Shown here in pieces: positions 1-13,324 of a stretch of DNA of 64,000 nucleotides. A program made the translations under genes and the position numbers. Source of the stretch: Octopus sinensis (Eukaryota). The DNA lies in assembly GCF_006345805.1 (NCBI RefSeq), contig NC_043003.1, positions 44,454,001 through 44,518,000 on the forward strand, given 5' to 3'. The notes beneath the pieces are model-generated. The model was not told where the DNA came from and ran no database searches. It worked only from the letters and a program-made list of their open reading frames with translations. The number at the start of each line of letters is the position of its first letter. The stretch's first letter is position 1.

Positions 1-3000
1 CTAAACTGTTTTGCAATTATCTCTAAAAAAAAAAAATCGGTGTGTTAAAGAGAAAAGAATCGTGAGGTAAAAATTACTATAACGAATCCCAGGAATTAGA
101 CAATATAATGTCTGATATTATCGTGTAAGAACGATAAACCTCTTTGATCACTTTCGTGTACTTCGTTTTCCTCATTTTTATGCAATGGTTTCAACAACCG
201 ATAGTCATTCTCCACGTTAACTCTTAATGAACAGACATAGTTTTTTTTTTATAATGCTCTCGAACAAAGACCATAATTCTTTCTATCATAGTCTTGTATT
301 TGTCATAGATGTGTGCTGTGTCATTTATGTTGCATTTGAATACACAAAACACAGTTTTCATTATCTGTGATGATTCTATCCAGGGAAAGTGCGGTAGTAT
401 ATCTAGTCTTTACTGGTGAGCAGAGAGCAACTCTTTGAGCTGAGAAGCAGTTAAAAGATGAGCGACCCACAGACAAAATTCAGACACAATACTTAATTCA
501 TGAAGGTGTTTTATGATGGATGCATCACTTGAATTGATTTGCTTTGACAATTCTCATGTAGGTTGCTTAGCGTTTTCCGCAACTATATATTTCAGAATCT
601 CAATCATGTTAGAACTTTTCTGTCCAGATCGAAGTGGTTTGTGAGAGAAACGCATCCTGAGCGAATTAAAGATTCAGACAATTAAAGGTTCATTTCCATC
701 GATTTCCGTAAACTCAACGAATATTTCTTTCTTCTTCCAATGCTGAAGAGACCTCTTTTACAATTATTCCACAAGCATTGTCTGATCAAAATTAATTCAA
801 GAAACAATATCAATACAATTTTAAGCACAATGATATAACGCAACATGAAAAGAAAGAAAAATAAGAATGTAAATATGAATGTATATATTAATGTAAGTAC
901 TGAAAATATATAGTCGAAATCATCGTATCCAGGATAGGACTTTCTATCCGAATTAATACAAGGAAGGGTGAGGCAATTTATGCTCAGCTTCCGTTAATGA
1001 ATAAAGAAAAACGGAAAATTTAGCGTGTTTTAGATTGACGTTCCGCAGCTACAAATTATTTGAATATTTCTATTATTTTACTCTCTTGAGAAAAAAGGAC
1101 ACGTGAAATTGAGTAGAGCTATATATAATTTTTCTATAAAGTTCTTCGGCTGGCGTTTATTATGATATGTCCGTCAAAATAGATATCACCTTGGTCAAAG
1201 AATAGCAAAAAACAATGATATGACTATGCAGGAAGTTTGAAGAAGTGTTCGGAATTCGATTTACTTTTGAATTATTTTTATTTCAAAGAATGAATATCAC
1301 TAAATTTAATTTTCTTTTCTTCTATAGAGTATATATGTATTTATGACGCCAACATAAACTCAATAAACTATTTAAACGAACGTGAGAAATGAGGTGTAAT
1401 CTATTTAAATAAACTGGAGTAATAATTTTACACTTAGTTATAAATCATAAAGATTGCGAGACGAAAGCCTAATGATAATTCATTACGAAAATAGCTGAGT
1501 ATAAGCTTCAATACATCCATGCAAAAACTTTTGCAATTAATATTATTAAGGAAATGGCACAAAATATATGTGGTAGTTCTTATTTCCTTCGGAAAGAGAA
1601 ATAATGATAGAAGAAATACGATTTTAAAAGGAAAATAGCATAACAACTTACACCATAACATCACAACAGAAAAGAGAATGGGAAAAGAAAGATCAAACAT
1701 GAATATTTTTCTTAATACTGCACAAAAATCAATGGACAGCAGTAAATGATGAAAATCTAGAAATTGAAAGAGATTCTCTAAAATTATACCACACTAAGTA
1801 AAAATCAGAGAAAGAGAAAGATCAAGTCAAAGGATGCTAGTTTATCGATAAGATGAAGGCGTTTTATGAAAAGGTAACTGTTCTCAGATCATAACAGAGC
1901 TAACTTCAATGGTGAACGCACGTTTTTCTAAAGGATAAAGAAAGTAAAAATGGAAGCTATTCTAGAAGCGTTGAAAAGCCCAATCGAAAATTTCGAGAAT
2001 CTAATGTTAAGAACACCTAATGTGCAAAAAATTACTCTGAAAGAAAATACCATTTACAAGAAGCTAGCTATATCAAAGAATAAAGTTGAGTTTAGAACAG
2101 CAACAAAGACGAATTACTCAAGCCAACTGACTAGATAATATCATAACACAATATCTTAATATTCTTTACATCAACCAGATATAGCGGGTAAATATCTTAA
2201 ATGATATATGGCAAAGAAAACTAATAAGAAAAAATAATAGATTTTATGATTAAAAATTAGAAGGATCGGTATAAAACGAAATAAAAAATGAACTCATGAA
2301 TGATTCTATCGTCTTCACTGGTGTATCTAATCAGAAACACACACATACACTCACACACATGCAGTTATATAAAGGCACCCACCAACATAAATCCACTTTT
2401 TCTTGCATTTTATACCGCCATTTCAACTTTTGTAGACATGTAATTTTCATACAACTCAGACAGTTTACATCATATGACGGTATTTCTACGAAAACAGAGA
2501 CAATTGTGGATATATCTAAACTGCAGTCACTCCGTATGTTATTCCAGAATTCAATAACGTATAGAGAAAATTAATTTCCAAACACCCGAAATATTACTTC
2601 TATTTGATCGATTCCGCAACGTTACAGAATATAACTGCATACAAACCTGAGATAATTTAGCAATGAGAACTGCCTTCAATAAATAATCACTGACGCCCTG
2701 TAAAATCATGCAACTCCTGCAGCTGCCGGGAATCATTCATCGCGAAAAATGTTATATATTTCAGCACTAAAATAACCTCTAGAAGATAAATATGGAGGAT
2801 TATTTTGCATTCATCCAAAGAATCATTGAGTGAGTGATAGACATGTAAAATTGAAGCAAAAACTTTCTTCTTAACCAAGAAAGATTTTACAGGTATTTTT
2901 AGCTCATGTAACTTCCACATGTAACAAGGTCTAGAATAAGTACAAAGTATTAAAATAATATCTCCCGGGGTCGAATTGCATGGCTAGAGTCAAAGGACTG

Positions 3001-3157
3001 AAACCAGCATAATATAAAAGAACGCCCTCATTCAGCATATTCCAGTCATATAGGAATGACCATAGAAAAGGTGATTACACTGGTGGTGTTTCAGCAGATG
3101 ACCGACTAAGGGCTGAAACTTATAAAGAGATTAAAGAAAAGAATTAATATATATATA

Positions 3158-4410
3158 GACGAGGGAGTAAACAAAACTAATCGAAAAAGTTGTCGTGTGG
3201 GACAAGCCTGTTGTAATTCAAGCTTCTGCCGCTAGAAGCCTCTTGATGCAACCATCAGGCATCAGTCTGCTAACTGGTATCGTAATATAGGGTCGTACTG
3301 GCACGTGGTGCGTCTTTGTTTTGCAGTGCTTCTCCCCTGTTCGTCTTTTTTTGTGATAGCTGAAACGAATGAACAGCGTGCTTCCGTAAAATTTTGAGGC
3401 ACACATCTTCCAAAACAGTTCTCATGCTTCAAATAGCTTACAAGGATGCTGTCATGAGAAAAACATAGGTTTATGAGTAGTTTTCAGGCTTTAGAAATGG
3501 TCACTTGTCGCTTGATGACCAATATTATTCAGGGCGGCTGTCGATCTCCCGAACGAATGAAAACATCACGAAGATTTATGAACCAACTTTGGAGGACCAT
3601 CGCCGAACAATTGACGAAATTGTTGATATGACTGCTGCATCATTCTGACGTTGCGCCAACGAATTTTGTGTGAGGAATCGCAAATGAAAAGGTGGCAGCA
3701 AAATCTGTGCCTCGATTGCTCAAGGAAGATCAAAAGCAGTCATGACTGAATGCATGTCATGAACTGAAAGAATAGCTGGAAGTTGATTCGGATATTTATT
3801 CAAAGGTCATCACTGGTGACGAAAGCTGGTACTACGGCTACGGCCGAGAAACGAATCAGCAATGAAGGCAATGAAAGCATTCAATATCATCGCGCCCCAA
3901 AACAGTTCCTCAAGTGAAATGCAATTTCAAGATGATGCTGAATTATTTCTTCGGTGCGAAAGGAATTATCCTTGCAAATGTTTTCCTCCTGGCCAAACCG
4001 CTAGCCGGAAATTCTACTTTGCAGTTCTGAAGCATTTACGAAACACTGTCAGATCATAACGCCTGAGGCATGGTGAAACCAATTCGCCTGCGCACAGCGC
4101 CTTGTGGGTAGGGCAATTTTTGACTACAAATTGCATGAATCCGCACAGCTACTCTCGCACTTCACCCAATCTTGCTTCCTGCCACACTTTCTCTTCCCTG
4201 AATGTAAAAGTACTGAAAGGAAAACGTTTTGCAGATGTGCTCGACGTGGAGGAAAATAATAACGGAGGCGTTATATGGCATCACCATGCAGGTGTTCCAT
4301 GTCTGCTTCAAATAGTGAGAAACGAGTCCGAACTGATGCATTGTTTCAAATGGAGAATATCCTAAAGGTGATAAAAGTGTAAGCATGTAAAATTATATGA
4401 ATAAAACATT
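3158..4410 (+). mobile_element. Degraded mariner (Tc1/mariner) transposon; 3' end abuts a Penelope-like insertion
   Basis: Starts ACGAGGG after a TA run, like the other mariner ends here. Broken frames give ITGDESWYYGY (first catalytic D) and a PNLASCHTFSSLNVKVLKGKRFADV-like C-terminal block. Many stops and frameshifts; right TIR not found. Confidence 0.8.
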
Positions 4411-4419
4411 TACATTATT

Positions 4420-5900
4420 TACATTATTTAGATTTGACGGGCATTTTACCTCATCTTGTTCATTGTTAACACAACGTTTCGGCTGATATACCCTCCAACC
4501 TTCATCAGGTGTCTTGGGGAAATTTCGAAAGACCCAACTATGAAATTAGGGAGGAAGTTGTCACAGATCTTGATCAAGAACAAGGATCACTTTACACCAA
4601 TGAAGTATAGACAACTCACTCAGCACTACAGTAAACCACCACACATATACGGTCCACCTAAGATTCACACGGATGGTATTCCATTAAGAACTATAGTGAA
4701 CTGTAGAGGTTCAGCATGTCATCCACTGAGCCGCTTCCTTGTGGATATAATCAGTCCATTACCAGAAAAGTCAACATATTACGTGATGAATTCCACCCAC
4801 TTCACAGAATTGATCAAGGATACCTCTATTGAATCAAACCAGATGATAAGTCTAGATGTGATAAATCTGTTCACCCAAGCCCCAACTGGTGAAGCACTAT
4901 TGGTGACTCAAGAAAAATTAGTGACAAACACTCATCTAAAAGAACGCACTAGTAACCGATATGGAACTTGGTAGAAATGTTGACCTTTTGTGTAGCAACA
5001 ATCTTCTTCAGTATGGACACTGATATATATCGACAAGAGGAGCGTTTAGCTGTGGGTTCGCCTTTATCACCGATAATAGCCAATATATACATGGGATACT
5101 TTGTGAATTTGTCTTTAGCATCAACACCCCTAAAATCAAAACTATGCCTGCGATATGTTGATGAAAATGTATACTCTGGCCCCACAAGTGCTTTTAGATC
5201 ACGTGAACTCAATAAAGCTGTCCATAGAGTTTACAATGGAAAAGGAGAAAGACAATCAGCTAGCACTCCTGGACATATTAATAATATGCACCAAGAATGC
5301 ATTCAGGACATCCATATACCACAAGCCGACCCTCAGTGGACGATACATCAACTTCAATTCCCACCATCCATACAGTGTAAAGAGAGGGATTCCTCAGTGC
5401 CTAAAACATCGAGCAAAGAATATAAGTAGCAATCGTGATACACCCCACGAAAAAATGATCAAGCTCAATAACAATCTATTAAGCAACAACTACCACGAAA
5501 ATATACTATCCACTCTAGTTATGAAGAAAAAAGAGTGAGAAAACAATAAACTGTCCACAGTCTGTCTAGGCTATGTGAGAGGACTCTCCGAAAAGATTCA
5601 AAAGATATGCGTCCCATAAGATCAGGACAATGTTCAAGAGTAATAGAACACTTCGCAAATATCTCATTCGAGTAAAACCATCAATAGAAAATATAACCAA
5701 ATACTGCGTGTACTCCATCCCATGCAGCTGTGGTCGGTTATACAAAGGCTAAACATGCCGCCCCCTTAAAACAAGGGTAGAGGAAAATCGCAAAAATGTG
5801 ACACGGGAATATATGATAAATCGGGTATTGCTGATCATGTATAGAAAATGGGAGAAGACCTCACTCTGTGGGATGAAGTTTAAAAAAATGGCATCGTGTC
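4420..5900 (+). mobile_element. 5'-truncated Penelope-like retroelement (RT plus GIY-YIG endonuclease, Penelope/Poseidon-like) with an inverted terminal-repeat fragment at its 5' junction
   Basis: Frameshifted ORFs 4456-4974, 4968-5429 and 5155-5538 give HIYGPPKIH..GIPLRTIVNCRGS, MISLDVINLFT, AVGSPLSPIIANIYM and LRYVDE. About 5700-5790 gives CVYSIPCSCGRLYKG*TCRPLKTRVEE (GIY-YIG). Confidence 0.92.
4468..4513 (-). ncRNA. Minimal type I hammerhead ribozyme motif in a PLE terminal-repeat fragment
   Basis: Minus strand: GACAC-CUGAUGA-A-GGUUGG(AGGGUAUA)UCAGCC-GAA-ACGU-U-GUGUU. Stem I GACAC/GUGUU, 6-bp stem II, palindromic ACGU stem III, GUU cleavage triplet. Confidence 0.75.
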
Positions 5901-6180
5901 ATTGTAAAATGCACCGTTGTTCCGGCTGCATGAAGATTACACATCTGTACATGTATGCATAAATACATATTTATATAGATACCATACATCCATAAATCCA
6001 TCCATCTATCTCTCCTTCATGCCTAGGTGCTGTGTCAAACACATAGTTCCAAAAACATCTCTATACATACTGTTACTGCATTGCAAGCATAATTTTCAAA
6101 GTTAAAATCATTAATGAAGATAGGCAGGTAGACAAATACATGTATGTGTGTATATGTTCTTTTTCTCTTTCTCTTTCTCT

Positions 6181-6576
6181 CTCTTTTACTTGTTTCAGTC
6201 ATTTGACTGTGGCCATGCTGGAGCACTGCCTTTAGTCGAGCAAATTGACACCAGGACTTATTCTTTGTAAGCGTGGTACTTATTCTATCGGTCTCTTTTG
6301 CTGAACCGCTAAATTACGAGGGGGTAAATACACCAGCATCGGTTGTTGGGGGACAAACACAAACTCACAAACTCACAAACATACACACTTATATATGTAT
6401 ATATACATATATACGATGTGCTTCCTTCAGTTTCCGTCTACCAAATCCTATAACAAGGCTTTGGTTGGGCCGAGGCTATAGTAGAAGACAGTTTCCCAAG
6501 GTGTCATGCAGTGGGACTGAACCCGGCACAATGTGGTTCGTAAGATAGCTACTTACCACACAGTACTGCTACGCCT
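6181..6576 (-). mobile_element. tRNA-headed SINE, family A
   Basis: Matches at least six other copies in the window. tRNA-like head on the minus strand with A box and B box (GGTTCAGTCCC), an internal CA/TA microsatellite, and a GAGTAAAAGAG-type tail. Confidence 0.9.
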
Positions 6577-6590
6577 ATAAATGTGTGACC

Positions 6591-6706
6591 CTTACAGCAC
6601 GTAGGTTTCCCAAACAGTCACCCATCTAAGTACTAACTAAGCTCGATGTTGCTTAACTTCCTTGATTGGACGAAAACCGGTCCATTCAACGGTGATATGG
6701 CCATAT
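6591..6706 (-). pseudogene. 5S rRNA-derived copy (diverged, about full length)
   Basis: Reverse complement reads GGCCATATCACCGTTGAATGGACCGGTTTTCGTCCAATCAAGGAAGTTAAGCAACATCGAGCTTAGTTAGTACTTAGATGGGTGACTGTTTGGGAAACCTACGTGCTGTAAG, colinear with the metazoan 5S consensus but with many substitutions. Confidence 0.9.
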
Positions 6707-6795
6707 ATTTTATCATTTGGTTTTTCCATTGGGATAACAATAACCTGAATTAGAACATGCTTCAGAGCAAAGCGTTAGTTCAGTACAGAGAGGTA

Positions 6796-7247
6796 ATGTT
6801 AAACTGATGTTGACAAAAGGATAAGCAAGTCTGTTATGAAGTACATTATATCTTACAGATGTTTCTACTAAAGGATGTAGGGCACAGATAGCTTCATCGG
6901 CGCCTCCAGCTCCAAGTCCATACAGCAAGTGCTTATACCTTTGTCAGTTTAATTCCTTAGGTGTGCAACTATGTATCTATTTATGCGTGCGTTTATGCAT
7001 GCATGCATATATGTGTATATATACATATGCCCATACATACATATATATGTGTTCATGTGTGTCTGCAAGTTTGTGTGCGCGCGCGTGTGTGTGTATGATA
7101 ATATACATGTGAATGTGAGTGTGTGTATGTATATATTCACATTTATAAATATATATACACATGAAGAAATATATGCATACATACAAATTTATATATATAT
7201 ACATATATATATATACATATACATACATACATATACATATATATATG

Positions 7248-7326
<79 letters not shown>

Positions 7327-7616
7327 ATGTATGTATGTATATGTATATACTTTTGTCATTTTAATTTCTGATGTGTGCATGTACGTATTCCTGTGTGTGT
7401 GTTTATGCATACATGCATGCACAAACACACACATAAATACGTACATACACACATCAGGAATTAAAATGACAAACCTATAAGCACTTGCTTTATGGGCTTA
7501 GTGCTGGAGGCTCCTATGAAACTACGCATGCCCTGCATCCTATAGTAGAAACATCTGTAAGATAATATGTAGTTCATAACAGACTTGTTTATCCTTTTGT
7601 CATCTCAGTTTAACAT
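6796..7616. mobile_element. Foldback/MITE-like element with ~180 bp inverted arms around a TA/CA microsatellite core
   Basis: 6796-~6975 (ATGTTAAACTGA...GACAAAAGGATAA.CAAGTCTGTTATGAA...) is the diverged reverse complement of ~7440-7616 (...TTCATAACAGACTTGTTTATCCTTTTGTCATCTCAGTTTAACAT). Confidence 0.8.
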
Positions 7617-7665
7617 ATATATATATATATATATATACGCATACATACACACACACACATATATA

Positions 7666-7736
<71 letters not shown>

Positions 7737-8339
7737 ATGTATATGTACATACATATATACATATATGTACACATATATATACACACATAAATATTTATAT
7801 TTGCATATATGTAGAGAAAGAGAGGGAGAGAGAGCGTGTGTATGTGTGAGATTGGGAAAGGGAGAACAAATGGGCATCGTGTAAAATGGGGATTAAAAAT
7901 CTAAGGAAATTGATAAATTTATATTTCTATATTTCTTTTAATATTCATTTTACATTTCGCAGGTCTTTTATTTCCCCGAAATCGTTTGTTCCGTGATGGT
8001 CCATTAAGTTGCCAGTCACACAAACCGCAGCCTATTATAGGTATTAAATCTATGATTTTATACCGCTAAATCAAATGCAAATACGCCATTTGTTAAATTC
8101 TCTGGCGTCAAGCTAACACAAGTTTGCAGCAGTTTGCAGTTGTAGCCTATTTGTTTGATTTCGTAGTTTTGTCACGATGAAATAAATCATATTCTTTAGT
8201 TTAATTTATTTATTTTTTATTACTTTCACTCCAATTCATTCGTTGCTTTTACATTACATTCTTTGTTAAACTCTGCACCTCTCTATCTATCAATCACTTA
8301 GTCATTCTGTCTATCTCTCTATCAAACTTTCTATATATC

Positions 8340-8379
8340 TCTCTCTCTCTATTTATCTATCTATCTATCTATCTATCTA

Positions 8380-8432
<53 letters not shown>

Positions 8433-8455
8433 ATCTATCTATCTATCTATCTAAA
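8340..8455. repeat. (TATC)n microsatellite
   Basis: Direct reading. Confidence 0.95.
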
Positions 8456-9329
8456 TGCCTGTCCGTATATCTGTGTCGTCTATCAACAGATCTATCTACT
8501 TGACTTTCTCGATAAAAGATTTCATTTCTCATTTTCTCTCTCTCTCCTTCTCTCCCTTCTCTCCCTTCTCTCTGTCCCTTTGTATGATGTATGCATGTAC
8601 GCACTAATATATACCTATAAACACACGCATTATCTACATTTGTCTCCTTATGCCTCTATGATAACATATGCGTATGTGTGTGCCTGTCTATTGTAGCCTC
8701 TGTGTGCTGTATGTCTATATGTGCATATGATATTATACATACATATATATATAAATCATATATATATATATATATATATATACATAGACACACACACATG
8801 TATATGTATACATATGTATATATTGAGGGAGAGAGGGAAAGAGAGGAAGTGACAGATAGATACATACATACAGGCATAACTAGATATCCACATACTAGTG
8901 TTTGTGTGTGTGTGTGTGTGTGTGTATTTGTGTGTGTGTTTCTGTGCACGTGGAAGTGTTTGTGTGTGTTTCTGTGTGTGGATGTGTAGGTATGTGGGCT
9001 ATCTTTTCAAATTTGAAGACCTGGGCTGTCAATTTGTGGTGAAAGCAAATGAATAAAATCGTCATAAACGGATGCAAGTAAACATACCACCACGTTGAAA
9101 GCCGTATCAGGCTCACTGAAGTGCAATTCAACCTCAATGCATACTAAACTTATTTCATTCTTTCATGTAATATTGTTTTCTCTCTCATTCTCTATAATTT
9201 CTATTTCATGTTTCCAATGTACATGTCCTTCCATTGCTAATAGAATTTCTCTAGGTTCCTGTACACTCAGACACACAACAGAGCTCATACAACTAGTTGA
9301 GAAAACACACACACGTATGTACATATTAA

Positions 9330-9724
<395 letters not shown>

Positions 9725-9899
9725 AAGTCCGTGTCCCAGCATGGTCACATTCAAATGACTGAAACAAGTAAAGCTAAGAAAGAATATATGTATGTGTGTA
9801 TTTTGTTTTTCTATTTTCATTTTTACATCCAATTTTCAAATTTTTTTCCTCTTTTCGTTTTCTTCCTTAATTTTTTCGTTTCTTTTCTATCTTCACCCT

Positions 9900-10030
9900 T
9901 TTTTCTGTCGCATGACTTTGTAAATGAACTATCCAGTGTGTTTATTTTAATGGCCTACTAATGTATGCAGTGAGTTTCTTTGCCCTAGGAGTCGGGAAGA
10001 ATTGGAAACAAAATTGAAAGGAGATAATAA
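9900..10030 (+). mobile_element. 3' terminal fragment of an R4/Dong-like LINE
   Basis: TTCTTTGCCCTAGGAGTCGGGAAGAATTGG...GAAAGGAGATAATAAT resembles the 3' UTR of the copy ending at 12170 (TTCTCTGCCCTAGGTGTATGGAAAACACTCGG...AAAGATAATAAT) and is followed by (AAT)n. Confidence 0.55.
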
Positions 10031-10037
10031 TGGTATT

Positions 10038-10092
10038 AATAATAACAATAACAATAACAACAACAACATCAATAATAATAATAACAGTAATG

Positions 10093-10166
<74 letters not shown>
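10038..10166. repeat. (AAT)n tract preceding a Dong-like LINE
   Basis: Direct reading. Confidence 0.97.
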
Positions 10167-12169
10167 TGGATTAAACGCACTCAAGATGACTACAAAAATC
10201 GACAAGAACAGGTATGAGAAGACATCTCGATCGTTGACTAAAGGAGATCACTAAGAAAGGCTCATAAGTGGAAATCCCCTGGTATTGATAGAGTACCAAA
10301 TTTCTGGCTCTCATCACTCTCGTCCGCACGCAAAATGTTAGTAATACTATTTAATAGTATTATGAAAGACCCGAAAAAAACACCACATTGGATGGCAAAT
10401 GGTATTATTTACCTCCTCCCCAAAAATAACAAAACGAAAGACCCAAACAACTATCGGCTTATAACATGTTTATCTACTACCTATAAGATCTTGACATCTA
10501 TTCTAGTAGAGAAAACATATACGTTTATGGAAGAGAATAACCTCTTTCCCACTGAACAAAAAGGATGCAGACGAGGCTCATACGGATGCAAAGATCAGCT
10601 CCTAATTAATCGCATGATCCTTGAGAACTGCTATAACAAGCGCAAAAATCTCAGCTCTTCAAGGATTGATTATAAAAAAGCCTTTGAGAGCATACCACAT
10701 TCGTGGATTCTGAAATCGCTGGACATTTTCAAAATTTCTCCTGTGATTTCAGATTTTTTAAAGTATAATATGTCCCTATGGACACGAAGCTCCAATTATA
10801 TCATTCTAATGGAGTATTGCACTCAAACAACATTAGCATAAACTGTGGAATTTTCCAAGGTAACTCACTTTCACCACTAATATTCTGCATAGCACTAATA
10901 CCACTCTCAAGTGAACTGAATAGAACAGGATATGGCTACAAAATTGACAACAAGAAAATAAGCCATCTATTTTATATGGATGACTTAAAGCTATATGGCA
11001 AAGATGATGAAGAGCTTGAAGGATTATTACATACAGTGAAAGGATTCAGTGATGATATCGGGATGGAGTTTGGCCTTGAAAAGTGTGCCAAAGCCGCTTT
11101 TAAGAAAGGGAAATTGGTAAAGTCTAGTTCAATCGAATTAGATGTCGAAATAGTAATAAAGGAACTTGAGCAGGAACAAACCTATAAACACCTAGGAATA
11201 AATGAAGGCTCTGGTATCCAGCATGCAAGCATGGAAGAGAAGGTTAGGAAAGAATGTTATAGAATAGTCCGAGCAGTCCTGAAGTCTGATCTGAATGCAT
11301 ATAATAAGGTTTTAGCCTTAAATTCCCTAGCAGTACCAGTTGTTCTCAATAGCTTCAATATGCTTAACTGGAATACTAGTGAAATAATGAAAATTGACAG
11401 GAAAAACTACCAAGCAATGTGATGAAAAATGGAGCTGACCCAAAATGCCGATTCTGTAACGATGAGATTGAAACAATAGACCACCTAATCTCAGGATGTA
11501 GAGTCTTAGCACCTGCAAGACATGATAGAGTCGGCCAGTATTTACACTGGACAATATGTCGGCATTATAAAATCAAAACCACTGACAAATGGTATAAACA
11601 TCATCCAGAAGCTGTGACTGAGGGAGAAAATGTATCGATTCTATGGGACTTCTCCGTGAAGACCGACAGGACTATAAAAGCCAATAAACCGGATATCATT
11701 GTAAAAGATCAGACAAAAAGGATGTGTTTATTAATTGACATGAGTATTCTCTGTGATCACAATATAGCGGCGAAAGAATTTGACAAGATTAGTAAATATA
11801 AAGACCTGCTAATGGAAATTGAAAAAATGTGGCATCTCAAGGCGACTATAGTACCAGTGATTGTAGGATCTCTAGGAATGATAAAAAACGGTACTGAAAC
11901 TTATTTGAAAATGATTCCAGGCTTACCATCCCTACAGGAAGTGCAAAAAATCGTATTAACTGGAACAGCTCATGTACTGAGAAGAGCACTATCGCTGTGA
12001 AAATAACATCCATCCATGAATTTATTTATTTATTAATTTTTAAATACATATTTTATCTGTGAATTTGCGCGTGTAATCTGGGAATGCATACAATGCCCTT
12101 CTCTGCCCTAGGTGTATGGAAAACACTCGGCGAGAAACGGAAGAAAATTTGAAGAAAGAAGGAAAAAAG

Positions 12170-12170
<1 letters not shown>
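10167..12170 (+). mobile_element. 5'-truncated, internally deleted R4/Dong-like non-LTR retrotransposon (RT plus CCHC plus restriction-like endonuclease)
   Basis: ORFs 10335-10841 (YRLITCLSTTYKILT, EQKGCRRGSYGCKDQLLI, IDYKKAFESIPH), 10778-11422 (GIFQGNSLSP, HLFYMDDLKL) and 11419-12000 (CRFCNDEIETIDHLISGC; KPDIIVKD..LIDMS..KEFDKISKY). RT thumb joins the zinc knuckle abruptly near 11420. Ends in an (AAT)n tail. Confidence 0.95.
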
Positions 12171-12225
<55 letters not shown>

Positions 12226-12226
<1 letters not shown>

Positions 12227-13020
12227 TGAACGAGAATAACTCGAAAAAAGATATAGCATGGAAGGAAAATATGCAGTCATGTTACAAGCGGTACGAATCC
12301 CAAGACAGAGACCGAAGACCGGTGGTTATGGATGTGGAAGTGTTACCTGACGATAGACACATATGCACTTATATTCGCGGCAGAAGAATAAGCATTAAAG
12401 ATGAAATATTTGAAGTGCAGAATTGACAATGCTAAGAGCGACAAATGCACAATGTATGGTGAGATGTGTGAAACGGTATAGAACATTCTCAGTGAATAGC
12501 GGCAAATGGTACAATACGATTACAAAAGATGATATAATAATGTGGAAAGAAAGATCCATTGGGACCTTTGTGTATATCACGGTCTACAAAGTGCAAAGAA
12601 ATGGTATGACCAAATCCTAGGAGTTACCGTAAATGAAGACTACAAAATCCTATGGAATGCAATGATGCAAGGTGACAATTATATCAGGCATCGGAAACTT
12701 GACATGGTTGTGTGGAACCAAAAAGTTAGACACACTTCCATGATGATCGATATATCATGTCTCAGTGTAAACGTGATGAGAGAGAGAGAGAAGAAAAAAC
12801 TTAACATATTTGAAGATTTAAAGTGGGAAATACGCAGGTTGTGGCCATTGAAAAAGAGTGGACTTGTTATCTGTAGTAATTGGCGTTCTTGGAATTATCA
12901 ACGCTCAACTACCAAGAAGGCTCGACAAGATTGGTTCGAATGTAAAGATTGAACACCTAAAAAATAGTCATTACCTAGAATTGCAAGAGTTATCCGAAGA
13001 ATTCTTGAATCATGCTCATT
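12226..13020 (+). mobile_element. More degraded 3' fragment of an R4/Dong-like LINE (zinc knuckle plus RLE)
   Basis: Begins right after (AAT)n at 12170-12225. ORF 12542-12952 IHWDLC..HGL..AKKWYD..KILWN..RHRKLDMVV..MIDISC; upstream frames give C.MYGEMCETV.HIL and PVVIG-like remnants. Confidence 0.85.
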
Positions 13021-13049
13021 AAAAATATGTCACCTTAGTCTGCTGGCCA

Positions 13050-13247
13050 TTTATAGCTGACGCTTTCAATCATATCCAGCAAAATAAGCCGAGATCTTGA
13101 AATAGAAATCAGCAAAATGTGGAACCTGAAGACTAAAACAATACCTGTTGTCATAGGTGCCCAGTAACCATCAGAGCATCACAACAAACCACAGCACATA
13201 CACAAGGCACACGACAGTGAGTTGAAAGTACGCTATAAAAATAAAAC
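13050..13247 (+). mobile_element. Short R4/Dong-like RLE 3' fragment ending in (AAT)n
   Basis: GATCTTGAAATAGAAATCAGCAAAATGTGGAACCTGAAGACTAAAACAATACCTGTTGTCATAGGTGCC = DLEIEISKMWNLKTKTIPVVIGA, followed by (AAT)n at ~13248-13340. Confidence 0.8.

Positions 13248-13324
<77 letters not shown>

Noticed and set aside
670-782. Possible minus-strand terminal exon after TTTTGATCAG
   Set aside because: Only short open frames with no recognisable peptide.
1700-2300. Purine-rich stretch faintly like a Dong ORF N-terminus (ITELTSMVNA)
   Set aside because: Too degraded; no diagnostic motif could be read.
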